DNA of 32,000 bases from Nostoc punctiforme PCC 73102 (GCF_000020025.1 NC_010628.1:5640001-5672000); one strand, 5' to 3'; shown: positions 16,878-26,834, counted from the first letter of the stretch. Numbers and translations: made by a program. The notes: generated by a model not told the origin, from the sequence alone.

Positions 16878-17555
16878 TTAAGAGGCTTCGCTGTGTACCT
16901 CCATCAGACGTTGTTTAAGACGTTGGGCTTCACCACTATCAACCAAAGAGCCTTTTTCTAGCAAGAAAGCGCCGTCACAGTAATTTAACTCATCTAATCG
17001 ATGTGTTACCCAAAGGGCTGTAATCCCTCGACTTTTTACAAGGCGACGGACACCAGCAACTAAATCCAACTGGCTATCTGGATCTAGTAAGGCAGTGGGT
17101 TCATCTAATAATAAGACTTCACAGCGACGGGCGATCGCACCAGCGATCGCCACTCGTTGTTTCTGTCCCCCAGAGAGTGCATAGATAGGCCGGCGTTGGA
17201 GGGTAAGCAAATTCACCGCTCCTAGTGCCTCCTCAACCCTTGCTCTGGTAGCAGCAGGTGGCAACTTTTCTTCCACCAATCCAAAAGCCACATCAGCACC
17301 AACCGTTGGCATCACCAGTTGATGATCTGGATTTTGGAAGACAAAGCCAACGGGGTGCAGAACCCGAATTTCGCCAGATTCAGGAGCTAATAACCCCGCC
17401 AGAAGTCTCAGTAAAGTAGATTTTCCACTGCCATTTGTACCCAAGAGCATCCAAAACTCACCCTTGGGTACTTCTAAAGAGCAAGATTTGATAACTTTCT
17501 CTCCATTAGGCCAACTGAAATTTAAATCCTTGACCTCAATGCCCACTTGAGCCAT
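16878..17555 (-). CDS. ABC transporter ATP-binding protein (EcfA/CbiO-like)
   Basis: Walker A is GTNGSGKST, the signature is LSGGQKQRVAIAGAIA, and Walker B is VLLLDEPT. Confidence 0.85.
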   Translation of the reverse strand: MAQVGIEVKDLNFSWPNGEKVIKSCSLEVPKGEFWMLLGTNGSGKSTLLRLLAGLLAPESGEIRVLHPVGFVFQNPDHQLVMPTVGADVAFGLVEEKLPPAATRARVEEALGAVNLLTLQRRPIYALSGGQKQRVAIAGAIARRCEVLLLDEPTALLDPDSQLDLVAGVRRLVKSRGITALWVTHRLDELNYCDGAFLLEKGSLVDSGEAQRLKQRLMEVHSEAS

Positions 17556-17568
17556 TTGTCAACCTTGG

Positions 17569-17841
17569 TTACTCAGCAGCTACAGCGAAAAAGCCAGGTG
17601 GTCTGCCGCCACCAGGGGTTGTACCATCTTTCTGAACAATCTGCACCCCAGAAATTTCACTAGCGCGGACAGCAATTTTTTTCTCTGTCTTGCCTTCGCA
17701 CTTGAGTTCTACAATGTCAGGGTTCCCAGAACGGATTGCTGCCAAAATTAGCTGATAGACAGCCTCAGCATCCTCTGCTGACTTACGTTGTACCGAGATA
17801 GGGAAAGCAGTGTTTCTGATGCTTAAATCGATGGTAAACAT
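17569..17841 (-). CDS. Small hypothetical protein (90 aa), apparently co-transcribed with the ABC ATPase
   Basis: The ORF is clean, sits 13 nt upstream of the ABC ATPase start on the same strand, and has coding-like composition. No motif recognised. Confidence 0.55.
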   Translation of the reverse strand: MFTIDLSIRNTAFPISVQRKSAEDAEAVYQLILAAIRSGNPDIVELKCEGKTEKKIAVRASEISGVQIVQKDGTTPGGGRPPGFFAVAAE

Positions 17842-17911
17842 TTAGCAATAATCAAATTTAACTGTGGACTCATTTTAGCGTCAGCTGACTGATTCTAGGG
17901 AAATGGGCATT

Positions 17912-17960
17912 GGAAAGTTAGTTGACAGTGGTCAACTGTCAACTATTCAACTAACTTTCC
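17912..17960. repeat. Nested palindrome / STRR-like heptamer region upstream of psbD
   Basis: A 14-bp perfect inverted repeat GGAAAGTTAGTTGA (17912-17925) / TCAACTAACTTTCC (17947-17960) encloses GTTGACAG..CTGTCAAC and CAACTGT/CAACTAT heptamers. Confidence 0.8.
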
Positions 17961-18198
17961 GATCCCCAGTAGAGACGCGATTTCTTGCATCCCTCCCACC
18001 TCATCGAGATAAAAAATTAATTTTTATGACAAAACCCCTAGAAAAATTAGCGATTTACACCTAATATGATTAAAGGTGTGTAAAAAATTGTAAACTTGGT
18101 TAAAAACCTGGTTAACTTTCTGCATATAGAAGGCTTTTATTTAGCCATCTATAATACAGATACAACCTGTACTTATAAACATTTGGAGATTTGCTCTA

Positions 18199-19254
18199 AT
18201 GACCATCGCAGTTGGACGTGCCCCTAGTAGAGGGTGGTTTGACGTTCTAGACGACTGGCTCAAGCGCGATCGCTTCGTATTCGTAGGTTGGTCAGGGATA
18301 CTGTTGTTCCCCTGCGCCTTCCTAGCACTAGGCGGTTGGCTGACCGGCACCACCTTCGTCACCTCTTGGTATACCCACGGATTAGCCTCCTCCTACCTAG
18401 AAGGTGCTAACTTCCTAACAGTGGCAGTATCCACCCCCGCCGACAGCATGGGACATTCCCTATTGCTGTTGTGGGGACCAGAAGCCCAAGGCGACCTCAC
18501 CCGTTGGTTCCAACTGGGTGGCTTGTGGCCATTCGTTGCCCTACACGGAGCCTTTGGTTTGATTGGCTTTATGTTGCGGCAATTTGAAATTGCGCGTCTA
18601 GTAGGAATCCGTCCTTATAACGCCCTCGCCTTCTCAGCTCCCATTGCAGTATTCGTCAGCGTATTTCTGATGTACCCCTTGGGACAATCAAGCTGGTTCT
18701 TTGCACCCAGCTTTGGGGTGGCTGCAATTTTCCGGTTCCTGCTATTCCTGCAAGGCTTCCACAACTGGACACTCAACCCCTTCCACATGATGGGTGTTGC
18801 TGGTGTATTGGGTGGTGCATTATTATGCGCCATTCACGGTGCCACAGTTGAAAATACCTTATTTGAAGACGGTGATGGAGCTAACACCTTCCGCGCCTTC
18901 AATCCAACCCAGTCTGAAGAAACCTATTCAATGGTGACAGCAAACCGTTTCTGGTCACAGATTTTCGGGATTGCTTTCTCAAACAAACGCTGGTTGCACT
19001 TCTTTATGTTGTTCGTGCCAGTCACAGGTTTGTGGATGAGTGCCGTCGGCATCGTCGGTTTAGCACTCAACCTGCGAGCTTATGATTTCGTCTCCCAAGA
19101 ATTACGGGCGGCGGAAGACCCTGAGTTTGAAACCTTCTATACCAAAAACATTTTGCTGAACGAGGGTATCCGCGCTTGGATGGCTCCTCAAGATCAACCC
19201 CACGAACAATTTGTATTCCCTGAAGAAGTTCTACCTCGTGGTAATGCTCTCTAA
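18199..19254 (+). CDS. psbD: Photosystem II D2 protein
   Basis: The protein is near-identical by eye to canonical D2 ([31 protein letters not shown]...[12 protein letters not shown]). No psbC overlaps its 3' end, so this is a monocistronic copy. Confidence 0.98.
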   Translation: MTIAVGRAPSRGWFDVLDDWLKRDRFVFVGWSGILLFPCAFLALGGWLTGTTFVTSWYTHGLASSYLEGANFLTVAVSTPADSMGHSLLLLWGPEAQGDLTRWFQLGGLWPFVALHGAFGLIGFMLRQFEIARLVGIRPYNALAFSAPIAVFVSVFLMYPLGQSSWFFAPSFGVAAIFRFLLFLQGFHNWTLNPFHMMGVAGVLGGALLCAIHGATVENTLFEDGDGANTFRAFNPTQSEETYSMVTANRFWSQIFGIAFSNKRWLHFFMLFVPVTGLWMSAVGIVGLALNLRAYDFVSQELRAAEDPEFETFYTKNILLNEGIRAWMAPQDQPHEQFVFPEEVLPRGNAL

Positions 19255-19373
19255 TGTTAAAAGCCGACCATGACTTGAATCAGTTTTATGGTTGCCGAAA
19301 ATTGACATCAGCCAGATTAAATAATTTCCTTGGCATAAGCTAATAAAGTGTCAATATTCCCCATTCTCCAGTC

Positions 19374-19403
19374 ATCTCCCACCAAAAGGTAGGAGATTTT
19401 TTT
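19374..19403 (+). terminator. Rho-independent terminator of psbD
   Basis: A 10-bp stem ATCTCCCACC/GGTAGGAGAT (one mismatch) with an AAAA loop is followed by a run of seven T (19397-19403). Confidence 0.75.
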
Positions 19404-19519
19404 ATATATAGTTAATATCTCTAAATTTATGTGTTATGTTAGGTGAAGGTTATAAACCCAGAGTAAATACTCTGCCCTTTTAAAACTAAGACCGCTTAGG
19501 CAATAAGGAGGTGATGCCC

Positions 19520-19591
19520 ATGATAGAAAGTAGTAAATGCGTGGGTCATCAGGTTGCAGTTAGCCGGTTGTGTGCCGGGGCTGTTCTCTAA
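19520..19591 (+). CDS. Possible small ORF (23 aa from ATG 19520, 25 aa from ATG 19514)
   Basis: AAGGAGGTGAT at 19505-19515 is perfectly complementary to the 16S 3' tail. The ORF reads MPMIESSKCVGHQVAVSRLCAGAVL and ends at TAA 19589-19591. Confidence 0.25.
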   Translation: MIESSKCVGHQVAVSRLCAGAVL

Positions 19592-19693
19592 AAGTTAGCC
19601 TTAGTTATCTTTGAGATACTAAGTTAGCTCAAGTAGCTAGGCAAGCTCGGAGTTCCTTCCGGCAGTCTGGTTGCAACCTGAAGACCCGCTAGA

Positions 19694-19741
19694 CCGCTCT
19701 GATTTTGATCATCCGATCAGAATCAGAGCGGATAGTTTTTT
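19694..19741 (+). terminator. Strong rho-independent terminator
   Basis: A 17-bp stem CCGCTCTGATTTTGATC/GATCAGAATCAGAGCGG (one G.U pair) with loop ATCC is followed by ATAGTTTTTT. Confidence 0.8.
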
Positions 19742-20008
19742 ATGGGTGACTTTTTAAAATTTAGATAGCAATACACGCGATGGATAAAGCCAATGCGTTT
19801 AAGTTTTCTTAAAAATAAAAATATCTTGCATCAAACCTTGGAGTATGACCAGATGTGAGCTACAGCATTTATGTACCAAGCCTGATTTAAATACACATAC
19901 ACGTATTAGGCATTACCGATCTTCCCATAGTTTATGTGTGGGCAATTAAGTGAGTCTATTTCTGCCAAATGCAAGATGTAAAAAATATATAAGTAGGAAT
20001 TTTTTGAC

Positions 20009-20290
20009 ATGACACAACTACTCACGAAAACGGAAATTCAAGAGCAGGCAAAGGTTTTGTCAGGTTGGACTGTCGAAGAATCTAAGTTGCATATTACCCG
20101 CACATTCAAGGATTTTATCCAAGCAATTGAGTTTGTCAATAAACTGGTGGAACCAGCTGAGTCAGCAGGACATCATCCAGACATAAAGATTTCCTACAAT
20201 AAAGTGAAGATTACACTCACAACCCATGATGCAGGCGGACTAACACAGGCAGACTTTGATGTAGCGCAGACCATTTCCCAAATTAAATAA
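20009..20290 (+). CDS. 4a-hydroxytetrahydrobiopterin (pterin-4a-carbinolamine) dehydratase
   Basis: The 93-aa protein carries LSGWTV..., FVNKLVEPAESAGHHPDI and KVKITLTTHDAGGLT, the PCD/DCoH signature. Confidence 0.85.
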   Translation: MTQLLTKTEIQEQAKVLSGWTVEESKLHITRTFKDFIQAIEFVNKLVEPAESAGHHPDIKISYNKVKITLTTHDAGGLTQADFDVAQTISQIK

Positions 20291-20944
20291 GTGATTTCTT
20301 CTGACATCTTGCGCCAGCCGACTGGAAGTAACAGCGACAAAGACAAAACACGCCTATCTGTACTCATAAGGGAAAACTAACCCGTACCTTGATTGAGAGT
20401 AAGGGTATGCGTTTTCCTTTAGAGTTCGAGGGTTTCAAAAACCTTGATTTCTGATTTCGTTTGTTATTCCAAAAATACCAGGCAACGACCCTCCTGAAAG
20501 GCTTTGCTACGTTTGTTATAGCCGAGCCAGTGGATTTCAACTAGTGTGCAATCTCTACAGGCTAAGTGTAAGAAGTGATTTTTATCTGCAAGATACTAAG
20601 TATAGAAGACTTTCAGCAATTTAGCCAAGTAGGAACTAAATGCCCTAAACTTTACTCCCAACTTATATATATAGATAGCTATGTGTGACAGTTATTAAGC
20701 CGATCGCTCCAATCTTGCCATCTAGATCAGATGTTTTATAATGTTATGATATAAAGATATGTTTTTGCATAAGTTAATCACATCAGTTTTTAACCCCAAG
20801 TTAATCGTTTATTAGCTTTGCAAAAACTAGAATTGTAGTAAGGCAATTATGCCTCATCCATAGGTTTCGATGAGATGTCGCATTTTCGAGAATTAGGTGG
20901 AACGAAACCAATTATCTAAACAAGGTGTGAGGAGTAAAGAAAAA

Positions 20945-22651
20945 ATGTCTAATCTATTATGGAAATCCTTAGTGGTTAGCCCAGCGGTTTTGGGAGCAAC
21001 ATTGTTAGTTTCGACAACAGCAATTGCGGCTCCAAACACAACCACTGAAGTATCAGCAGTAAAACAAGCAGGTGTAGCTGAAGTTGCCCAACAGCCAGAA
21101 ATGTTGGCTCAAACAACGATAGACCAAGTTAACCGTTACAGCAACGAAGGCAACCAAAATAACTCTCAGTCTCAAGTAACATCGGTTTCGCAGTTTTCCG
21201 ACGTACAACCCACTGACTGGGCATTCCAAGCATTGCAGTCCTTGGTTGAACGCTATGGTTGTATTGCAGGTTATCCGAATGCTACTTATCGTGGTAATCG
21301 TGCTTTGACCCGTTATGAATTTGCTGCTGGTTTGAATGCCTGTTTGGATCGCGTTAACGAGTTGATTGCCACAGCAACAGCTGACTTGGTGACGAAACAA
21401 GATTTAGCTACCCTACAGCGTTTACAAGAAGAATTTTCCGCAGAATTGGCAACCCTACGCGGTCGCGTAGATTCCCTAGAAGCGCGGACTGCTGAATTGG
21501 AAGCCAATCAGTTCTCCACCACTACAAAACTAGTCGGTGAAGCCATTTTTGCCGTTACTGATGTGTTTGGCGGTAACACTGGTGACAATAACAATACAGT
21601 CTTCCAAGATCGGGTACGTTTAGACTTGCAAACCAGCTTCACTGGTAGAGACATTTTACATACTCGTCTCGCAGCAGGGAATGCAACAGCTTTCACACAA
21701 TTTGATAACGCTGGTGGTGCGATCAATACTGCTGAAGGCACACAAACATTTGAAATCGGTAGCACTGGTAACAACGCTGTTCGGATAGACCGATTGACCT
21801 ATGAAGTTCCCGTAGGCCCAGCCAATGTATACTTGGCAGCCAGTGGCGGACGACACAGCCACTATGCTGCTGTCAACAATCCTTACTTTTTCGACAACAC
21901 TGATGGCGGTAACGGCGCTTTATCCACCTTTGCTTCTGAAAGTCCCATCTATCGGATTGGTGGCGGTGCAGGTATAGCGCTCAATCTACCTCTTGGTAAG
22001 GGTGGCGGCATCTTAGGAAATAGCTCAATCACTGCGGGTTACTTGGCATCGCAAGCCAATGATCCTGCTCTAAGTTCCGGTCTGACCAACGGCGATTATG
22101 CTGCTTTAGGACAGTTGAACTTTAGTGTTGGCGATCGCTTGGCTTTAGCGGCCACTTATGTCCACGGATATAGCGCTGGTGGTTTCTTGTTCGACTCCGG
22201 TTCGACGACAGACGGAAATATTGTTCCAGTAGGTACTGGACAAGCAAACACTCTACTAGGTGCAGGTTCCAGCAACTCCTACGGTGTGTCAGCTGCATTT
22301 AGACCTAGCGACAAACTATCCGTTAGTGGCTTCGTCTCTTACCACGATGTCAGTGGCTTCGGTGCAAATGATGATTATGAAGCTTGGAGTTATGGTTTAG
22401 GTGTAGCCTTACCTGATTTCGGTAAAAAAGGCAACGTTTTAGGCATTTTTGCAGGTGCAGAACCCTATTCCTTTAACCGACCAGGTTTTGTTGGCAATGA
22501 CATACCATATCACTTTGAAGGCTTTTACAAGTATCGCGTATCGGATAACATCTCTGTTACCCCTGGCGTAATTTGGTTGACCTCTCCTGGTCAGAGCAGT
22601 GCTAACGATGATGCGATTATCGGTACACTCAGAACAACTTTCACCTTCTAG
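20945..22651 (+). CDS. SLH-domain / OprB-family outer-membrane porin
   Basis: From ATG 20945 there is a signal peptide (MSNLLWKSLVVSPAVLGATLLVSTTAIAAP) and an SLH motif (FSDVQPTDWAFQALQSLVERYGCIAGYP...LTRYEFAAGL). A coiled coil follows, then a beta-barrel ending in F. The track ORF begins at GTG 20897. Confidence 0.9.
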   Translation: MSNLLWKSLVVSPAVLGATLLVSTTAIAAPNTTTEVSAVKQAGVAEVAQQPEMLAQTTIDQVNRYSNEGNQNNSQSQVTSVSQFSDVQPTDWAFQALQSLVERYGCIAGYPNATYRGNRALTRYEFAAGLNACLDRVNELIATATADLVTKQDLATLQRLQEEFSAELATLRGRVDSLEARTAELEANQFSTTTKLVGEAIFAVTDVFGGNTGDNNNTVFQDRVRLDLQTSFTGRDILHTRLAAGNATAFTQFDNAGGAINTAEGTQTFEIGSTGNNAVRIDRLTYEVPVGPANVYLAASGGRHSHYAAVNNPYFFDNTDGGNGALSTFASESPIYRIGGGAGIALNLPLGKGGGILGNSSITAGYLASQANDPALSSGLTNGDYAALGQLNFSVGDRLALAATYVHGYSAGGFLFDSGSTTDGNIVPVGTGQANTLLGAGSSNSYGVSAAFRPSDKLSVSGFVSYHDVSGFGANDDYEAWSYGLGVALPDFGKKGNVLGIFAGAEPYSFNRPGFVGNDIPYHFEGFYKYRVSDNISVTPGVIWLTSPGQSSANDDAIIGTLRTTFTF

Positions 22652-22690
22652 AGTGTTGACTATCCATTGATAATTTTGAACTTTATTTGT

Positions 22691-22719
22691 CCCCGCCATC
22701 AGGCGGGGCTTTTTATTTT
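22691..22719 (+). terminator. Rho-independent terminator of the porin gene
   Basis: The stem CCCCGCC/GGCGGGG with loop ATCA is followed by CTTTTTATTTT. Confidence 0.8.
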
Positions 22720-22770
22720 GAGTAGCAGTAATGGATAAACCCCAGCTATTAACCGGGGTATATTAGGAAA

Positions 22771-22798
22771 GTAGGGGCGCAAGGCCTTGTGCCCCTAC
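22771..22798. repeat. Nostoc-type palindromic repeat
   Basis: GTAGGGGCGCAAGGCCTTGTGCCCCTAC is a nearly perfect 28-nt palindrome. Confidence 0.7.
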
Positions 22799-22898
22799 TT
22801 TCGCGGAGCGTCCCGCAGGGATGGGATATTTTTTTACTGGAAGTCGCTCATAATCCACAATTGTGGCATTTTATGGTCAAAGTCACAGATCGCGTCTT

Positions 22899-24344
22899 CT
22901 ATCTCGTAGCACTGTTAGGCGAACCAACCGCAGCGACTGGATTTGTCTGATTCAGATAATCGTAAACTAGTTGAGAAACTTGACGGATAAAGTCCCTCCC
23001 CCTAGTGTCCTTATAGGGACGTGTGACGAAGATAGCCGCTAAATAACGTTTCCCATTTGGCATAGTCACAAATCCGGCATCGCCGATGAGAAACCCAATA
23101 TCTCCGGTTTTGTTGGCGATGACTGCACCTTTTCCTAAACCTGCGGGAAGGAGTGTGTGAATTGTAGTGTGACGCAGAATATCCAAAGCTTGCTCCCGAC
23201 TTTGTGGAGAAACTAGCTTGTTATTCACAACTAAAGCCAGCACTCGCGCCATATCTTGAGAACTTGTGGTGTTGGTTCCTCTCAAGTCAGCCAAGAGATG
23301 CCGGATTACTGTGTCTTTCAGTCCCCAGTTACGGAAGCGCTGATTTAGTTTCGTAACCCCACCTAAGCGATCGATAATCATATTGGTGGCGGTATTGTCA
23401 CTAATGGTAATCATCTTAGTGATGGTTTCCAAAGCTGTATACTTCTTGCCAACTCGCTCATACTGCATAGTTCCAGAACCATTGGTTACTAAGTCACGTC
23501 GCATAATCAGGTTTTCCTGAAGGGTGACTTTACCTGCATCTAAATCTTGGAAAAAGGCAATGAGAATTGGCAATTTAATCGTACTAGCTGCTGGGAAAAC
23601 GCGATCGCCCCCAACATCTAAATAATCCCCAGTATCCAAATCCAGGAAAAACATTCCTGTTTTCAGGAAGCTGTAACGATTCATCAAGGCTTTAATCTGC
23701 GGTTCCAGTGCTTTCATCGGTGAATGCATAGGAATTACGCCAGCAAACAGAGTGCTATTATCACTTACTGTTGGAGAAATACTCCATTGAGTCGGAGTTA
23801 TTTCTAAAATGTTAGGCCGGGTTGCAGTCAATTGTATCGGCTTGGGTAACTGCACAGACCAATGATTGAGAGATTCCTCTTGCAACTTCACCTGTGCTAG
23901 ATCGAAAGTGTAATTGGGTGCTAAGGTAACGACCATACGGGTAGTATCTGCATTAAACTGCCCGATGCTAATGTCTTTAATTACTAACCCCACTCTTTGA
24001 CTAGTCTGTGGATATTCTAGTTTGACTCCAGGTAAATCAATTACCAGACGGGTTGGATTGGTAAGTAATTGTACTTTAGGTTGAATATTCTTGTCTGTCG
24101 TAAAATCCAGATGATTACGATTGCTATCAAAATGCCAATTAGCGATCGCAGCAGCTTTAACAGTGGAGCCAAACAGGAAGAAGCTGAAGAAGCTGGGTAG
24201 AAGCCAGCTAAATTTTAAAAGGTTTTCTTTGTGTGTGAGGAGCATCAGCGATCGTTTAGTGTGATGGAAATTCATGAACGAACAAAAGCCGCCCACTATT
24301 AAAGCACACATATCAAAAAAATTTTCAATTATTGACTTATACAA
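22899..24344 (-). CDS. AMIN-domain protein fused to a class A beta-lactamase-like serine hydrolase
   Basis: The AMIN-like N-terminus reads IANWHFDSNRNHLDFTTDKNIQPKVQLLTNPTRLVIDLPG. The class A motifs are AASTIKLPI (SxxK), ISDNTATN (SDN) and NKTGDIG (KTG). The true start is probably internal (Met at 24275 or 24245), which would give a signal peptide. Confidence 0.8.
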   Translation of the reverse strand: MYKSIIENFFDMCALIVGGFCSFMNFHHTKRSLMLLTHKENLLKFSWLLPSFFSFFLFGSTVKAAAIANWHFDSNRNHLDFTTDKNIQPKVQLLTNPTRLVIDLPGVKLEYPQTSQRVGLVIKDISIGQFNADTTRMVVTLAPNYTFDLAQVKLQEESLNHWSVQLPKPIQLTATRPNILEITPTQWSISPTVSDNSTLFAGVIPMHSPMKALEPQIKALMNRYSFLKTGMFFLDLDTGDYLDVGGDRVFPAASTIKLPILIAFFQDLDAGKVTLQENLIMRRDLVTNGSGTMQYERVGKKYTALETITKMITISDNTATNMIIDRLGGVTKLNQRFRNWGLKDTVIRHLLADLRGTNTTSSQDMARVLALVVNNKLVSPQSREQALDILRHTTIHTLLPAGLGKGAVIANKTGDIGFLIGDAGFVTMPNGKRYLAAIFVTRPYKDTRGRDFIRQVSQLVYDYLNQTNPVAAVGSPNSATR

Positions 24345-24496
24345 AAAAACATCGGTTACAAGTATTTAATCTAGCTAGTATTATTTATGATTCAGAATTA
24401 GATACTACTCCACCTTAATTAAGTAACATTTTGGAAAACCCAAGTAATTCAGGAAAAAGACTGAACCGTATTGCTATATAAACAATCTCCCTCTGA

Positions 24497-24524
24497 ATAA
24501 AAAAAGGCGGGCAAGATGCCCACC
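24497..24524 (-). terminator. Rho-independent terminator of tkt
   Basis: On the - strand the stem GGTGGGC/GCCCGCC (one G.U pair) is followed by a T-run (complement of the A-run 24497-24505). Confidence 0.7.
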
Positions 24525-24554
24525 TTACAAAATTTTGAGAATATTCTGTTGCTA

Positions 24555-26582
24555 TTAACCCAACAATTGTTTAGCCTTTGCTAACACATTATCAACGCTA
24601 AAGCCAAACTTCTCTAGACAAACATTGCCTGGAGCCGAAGCACCAAAGCGATCGATACTAACAGTATCGCCTTCAGTACCCACGTATTTGTGCCAACCGA
24701 AACTAGCGGCAGCTTCTACAGACAAACGCTTGGTGACAGCTTTTGGCAGAATGGACTCTTTATAAGCCGCATCCTGTGCTTCAAACAGTTCCCATGAAGG
24801 TAGCGAGACAACACGAACTTTCTTACCTTCAGCCTTGAGTTTTTCGGCTGCGCTGACGGCGAGGCTCAATTCTGAACCAGTACCAATCAAGATGATATCA
24901 GGTGTACCTTCGCTATCAACAACGGTGTATCCACCCTTCGCCACACCCTCAACCGATGTACCTGCCAAGTTAGGAACGTTTTGACGAGTGAACGCCAACA
25001 GAGACGGAGCATTTTGCTTCGCTTTTTCAATCGCAATTTTATAAGCGCCAGAGGTTTCGTTACCGTCTGCGGGACGAAACACTAATAAATTAGGAATAGC
25101 TCGCAAGGAAGCTAGAGTTTCAATGGGTTGGTGTGTTGGCCCATCTTCACCTTGTCCAATGGAATCGTGGGTCATCACCCAAATCACGCCAGCTTGGGAA
25201 AGGGCAGATAAGCGAATGGCAGCACGCATGTAATCTGTGAAGATCAAGAAGGTAGCACCGTAGGGGATTAATCCTGAAGTGTGCAGCGCTATACCATTAC
25301 AGATTGCGCCCATAGCATGTTCCCGCACACCAAAGTGGATGTTGGGGTTTTCGTAGTGCCCTTTTTGAAAGTCGCCCTTGCCCTTGATTTCGGTCAAGTT
25401 GGAGTGGGTCAAGTCAGCCGAACCACCAATCAATTCAGGTAAAACTGCCGCCAGTTTGTTGAGGCAGGTTTCTGAGTGTTTACGGGTGGGTAGTCCTTTG
25501 TCTTCGGGGGTGTAGGTGGGTAGTACGTTATCCCAACCGTCGGGTAGCTTGCCGCTTAGGTAACGTTCAAATTCAGCGGCTTCTTGGGCATACTTAGCTT
25601 TGTAGTCGGCAAATGTTTTGTTCCATTCGGCTTCGTAGCTTGCGCCGCGTTCTACTGCTTTGCGTGTGTGGTTGAGGGCTTCTTGTGGAACATCAAAAGG
25701 CTCGTATTCCCAACCCAAATTTTTCCGAGTCAATGCTATTTCGTCTGCACCCAAGGCAGCGCCGTGAACGCCAGCAGTGTTTGCTTTATTGGGGGAACCG
25801 TAACCAATAATGGTTGTTACTTTGATGAAAGAAGGCTTATCGGTGACAGCTTTAGCCGCTTCAATTGCTTTAGCGATCGCTGCTAAATCGGTATTGCCAT
25901 CTTCGACATGTTGGACGTGCCAACCGTAAGCTTCAAACCGCTTGGAAACATCTTCGGTAAATGCCACATCTGTGGAACCGTCGATGGAAATGTGGTTGTC
26001 GTCATACAGAGCGATGAGTTTGCCTAATCCCAAGTGTCCTGCAAAAGAACAAGCTTCACCGGAAATTCCTTCCATATTGCAACCGTCACCTACAATTACG
26101 TAGGTGTAATGGTCAACAATCTTGGTATCAGGTTTGTTAAATTTAGCGGCAAGGTGTGCTTCTGCGATCGCTAAACCAACTCCATTAGCAATTCCTTGAC
26201 CCAAGGGCCCAGTTGTGACTTCCACGCCTGGGGTTTCAAAGTTTTCTGGGTGTCCAGGAGTTTTAGAACCCCATTGACGGAATTGTTTGATATCTTCAAT
26301 GGTGACGCTATCGTAGCCTGTCAGGTAGAGTAGGGCGTACTGCAACATCGAGCCATGACCGGCAGACAAGACAAAGCGATCGCGGTTAAACCATTTGGGA
26401 TTCTTGGGATTAAACTTCAAAAAGCGATCCCAGAGGACAAAAGCCATCGGAGCCGCGCCCATTGGTAGTCCTGGGTGTCCCGATTTTGCCTTTTCTACGG
26501 CATCAATAGCCAAGAAGCGGATCGAGTTAATAGCCAGTTCTTCGACGGACAATTCTTTGGCGGATTGGGTTGCAACAGTCAT
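24555..26582 (-). CDS. tkt: Transketolase
   Basis: The 675-aa protein carries SGHPG, the GDGCxMEG thiamine-diphosphate motif ([14 protein letters not shown]) and [15 protein letters not shown]. Confidence 0.97.
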   Translation of the reverse strand: MTVATQSAKELSVEELAINSIRFLAIDAVEKAKSGHPGLPMGAAPMAFVLWDRFLKFNPKNPKWFNRDRFVLSAGHGSMLQYALLYLTGYDSVTIEDIKQFRQWGSKTPGHPENFETPGVEVTTGPLGQGIANGVGLAIAEAHLAAKFNKPDTKIVDHYTYVIVGDGCNMEGISGEACSFAGHLGLGKLIALYDDNHISIDGSTDVAFTEDVSKRFEAYGWHVQHVEDGNTDLAAIAKAIEAAKAVTDKPSFIKVTTIIGYGSPNKANTAGVHGAALGADEIALTRKNLGWEYEPFDVPQEALNHTRKAVERGASYEAEWNKTFADYKAKYAQEAAEFERYLSGKLPDGWDNVLPTYTPEDKGLPTRKHSETCLNKLAAVLPELIGGSADLTHSNLTEIKGKGDFQKGHYENPNIHFGVREHAMGAICNGIALHTSGLIPYGATFLIFTDYMRAAIRLSALSQAGVIWVMTHDSIGQGEDGPTHQPIETLASLRAIPNLLVFRPADGNETSGAYKIAIEKAKQNAPSLLAFTRQNVPNLAGTSVEGVAKGGYTVVDSEGTPDIILIGTGSELSLAVSAAEKLKAEGKKVRVVSLPSWELFEAQDAAYKESILPKAVTKRLSVEAAASFGWHKYVGTEGDTVSIDRFGASAPGNVCLEKFGFSVDNVLAKAKQLLG

Positions 26583-26834
26583 AGTCTCTTGTTTTTAACG
26601 ACGGGTTAGCACTCTTCGTAGCTTCTCTTGCTGGGGTTATTTTAGATTCCCCACAGTATCCTCATCATCCCACTCCCGCTTATCGATGGACAAGCGGGAT
26701 CTCCTGAGTTTATGGTGATAAATCAAGCTGATAATTGGGTCATGCTGAACGCTTAAGTTATATCGGAATGATATTTCTGATACTTTTAGCACAGTCATCT
26801 CAGGAGAGCAGACCAGCAATAAAATGGGAAATTT

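Larger units (their letters stand above)
19460..19741 (+). ncRNA. Candidate structured small RNA / leader of unknown class, containing a small ORF
   Basis: The region is bounded by the psbD terminator upstream and a 17-bp-stem terminator downstream. A 16-bp long-range helix 19543-19558/19672-19687 encloses hairpins at 19600-19623 and 19625-19639. The 5' end is not determined. Confidence 0.4.

Noticed and set aside
18150-18155. psbD promoter call from TATAAT at 18150-18155
   Set aside because: This is a good -10 hexamer 44 nt upstream of the ATG. However, no acceptable -35 lies at 16-18-nt spacing (the hexamer there is TAGAAG), so I did not list it as a feature.
18199-19254. Truncated psbDC operon (psbC missing)
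   Set aside because: Cyanobacteria commonly carry a second, monocistronic psbD copy. The gene here is full-length and is followed by its own terminator, so nothing is missing.
19640-19671. SRP (4.5S) RNA-like motif on the - strand (ACCAGACTGCCGGAAGGAACTCC resembles ACCAGGUCAGGUCCGGAAGGAAGC)
   Set aside because: Only a short partial resemblance exists. The adjacent terminator has its T-run on the + strand and there is no equivalent on the - strand. The surrounding helices do not give an SRP domain IV fold.
19460-19741. 6S RNA
   Set aside because: 6S RNA is a long, rod-like, interrupted helix with a central bubble. This candidate has a 16-bp closing helix around a multi-branch domain and carries a strong SD plus an ORF. 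I could not confirm or exclude any family without a covariance-model search.
26637-26819. 60-aa ORF between tkt and fabF
   Set aside because: It has no motif and sits in the tkt 5' leader/promoter region on the same strand. It is at the minimum length threshold and its composition is not coding-like.
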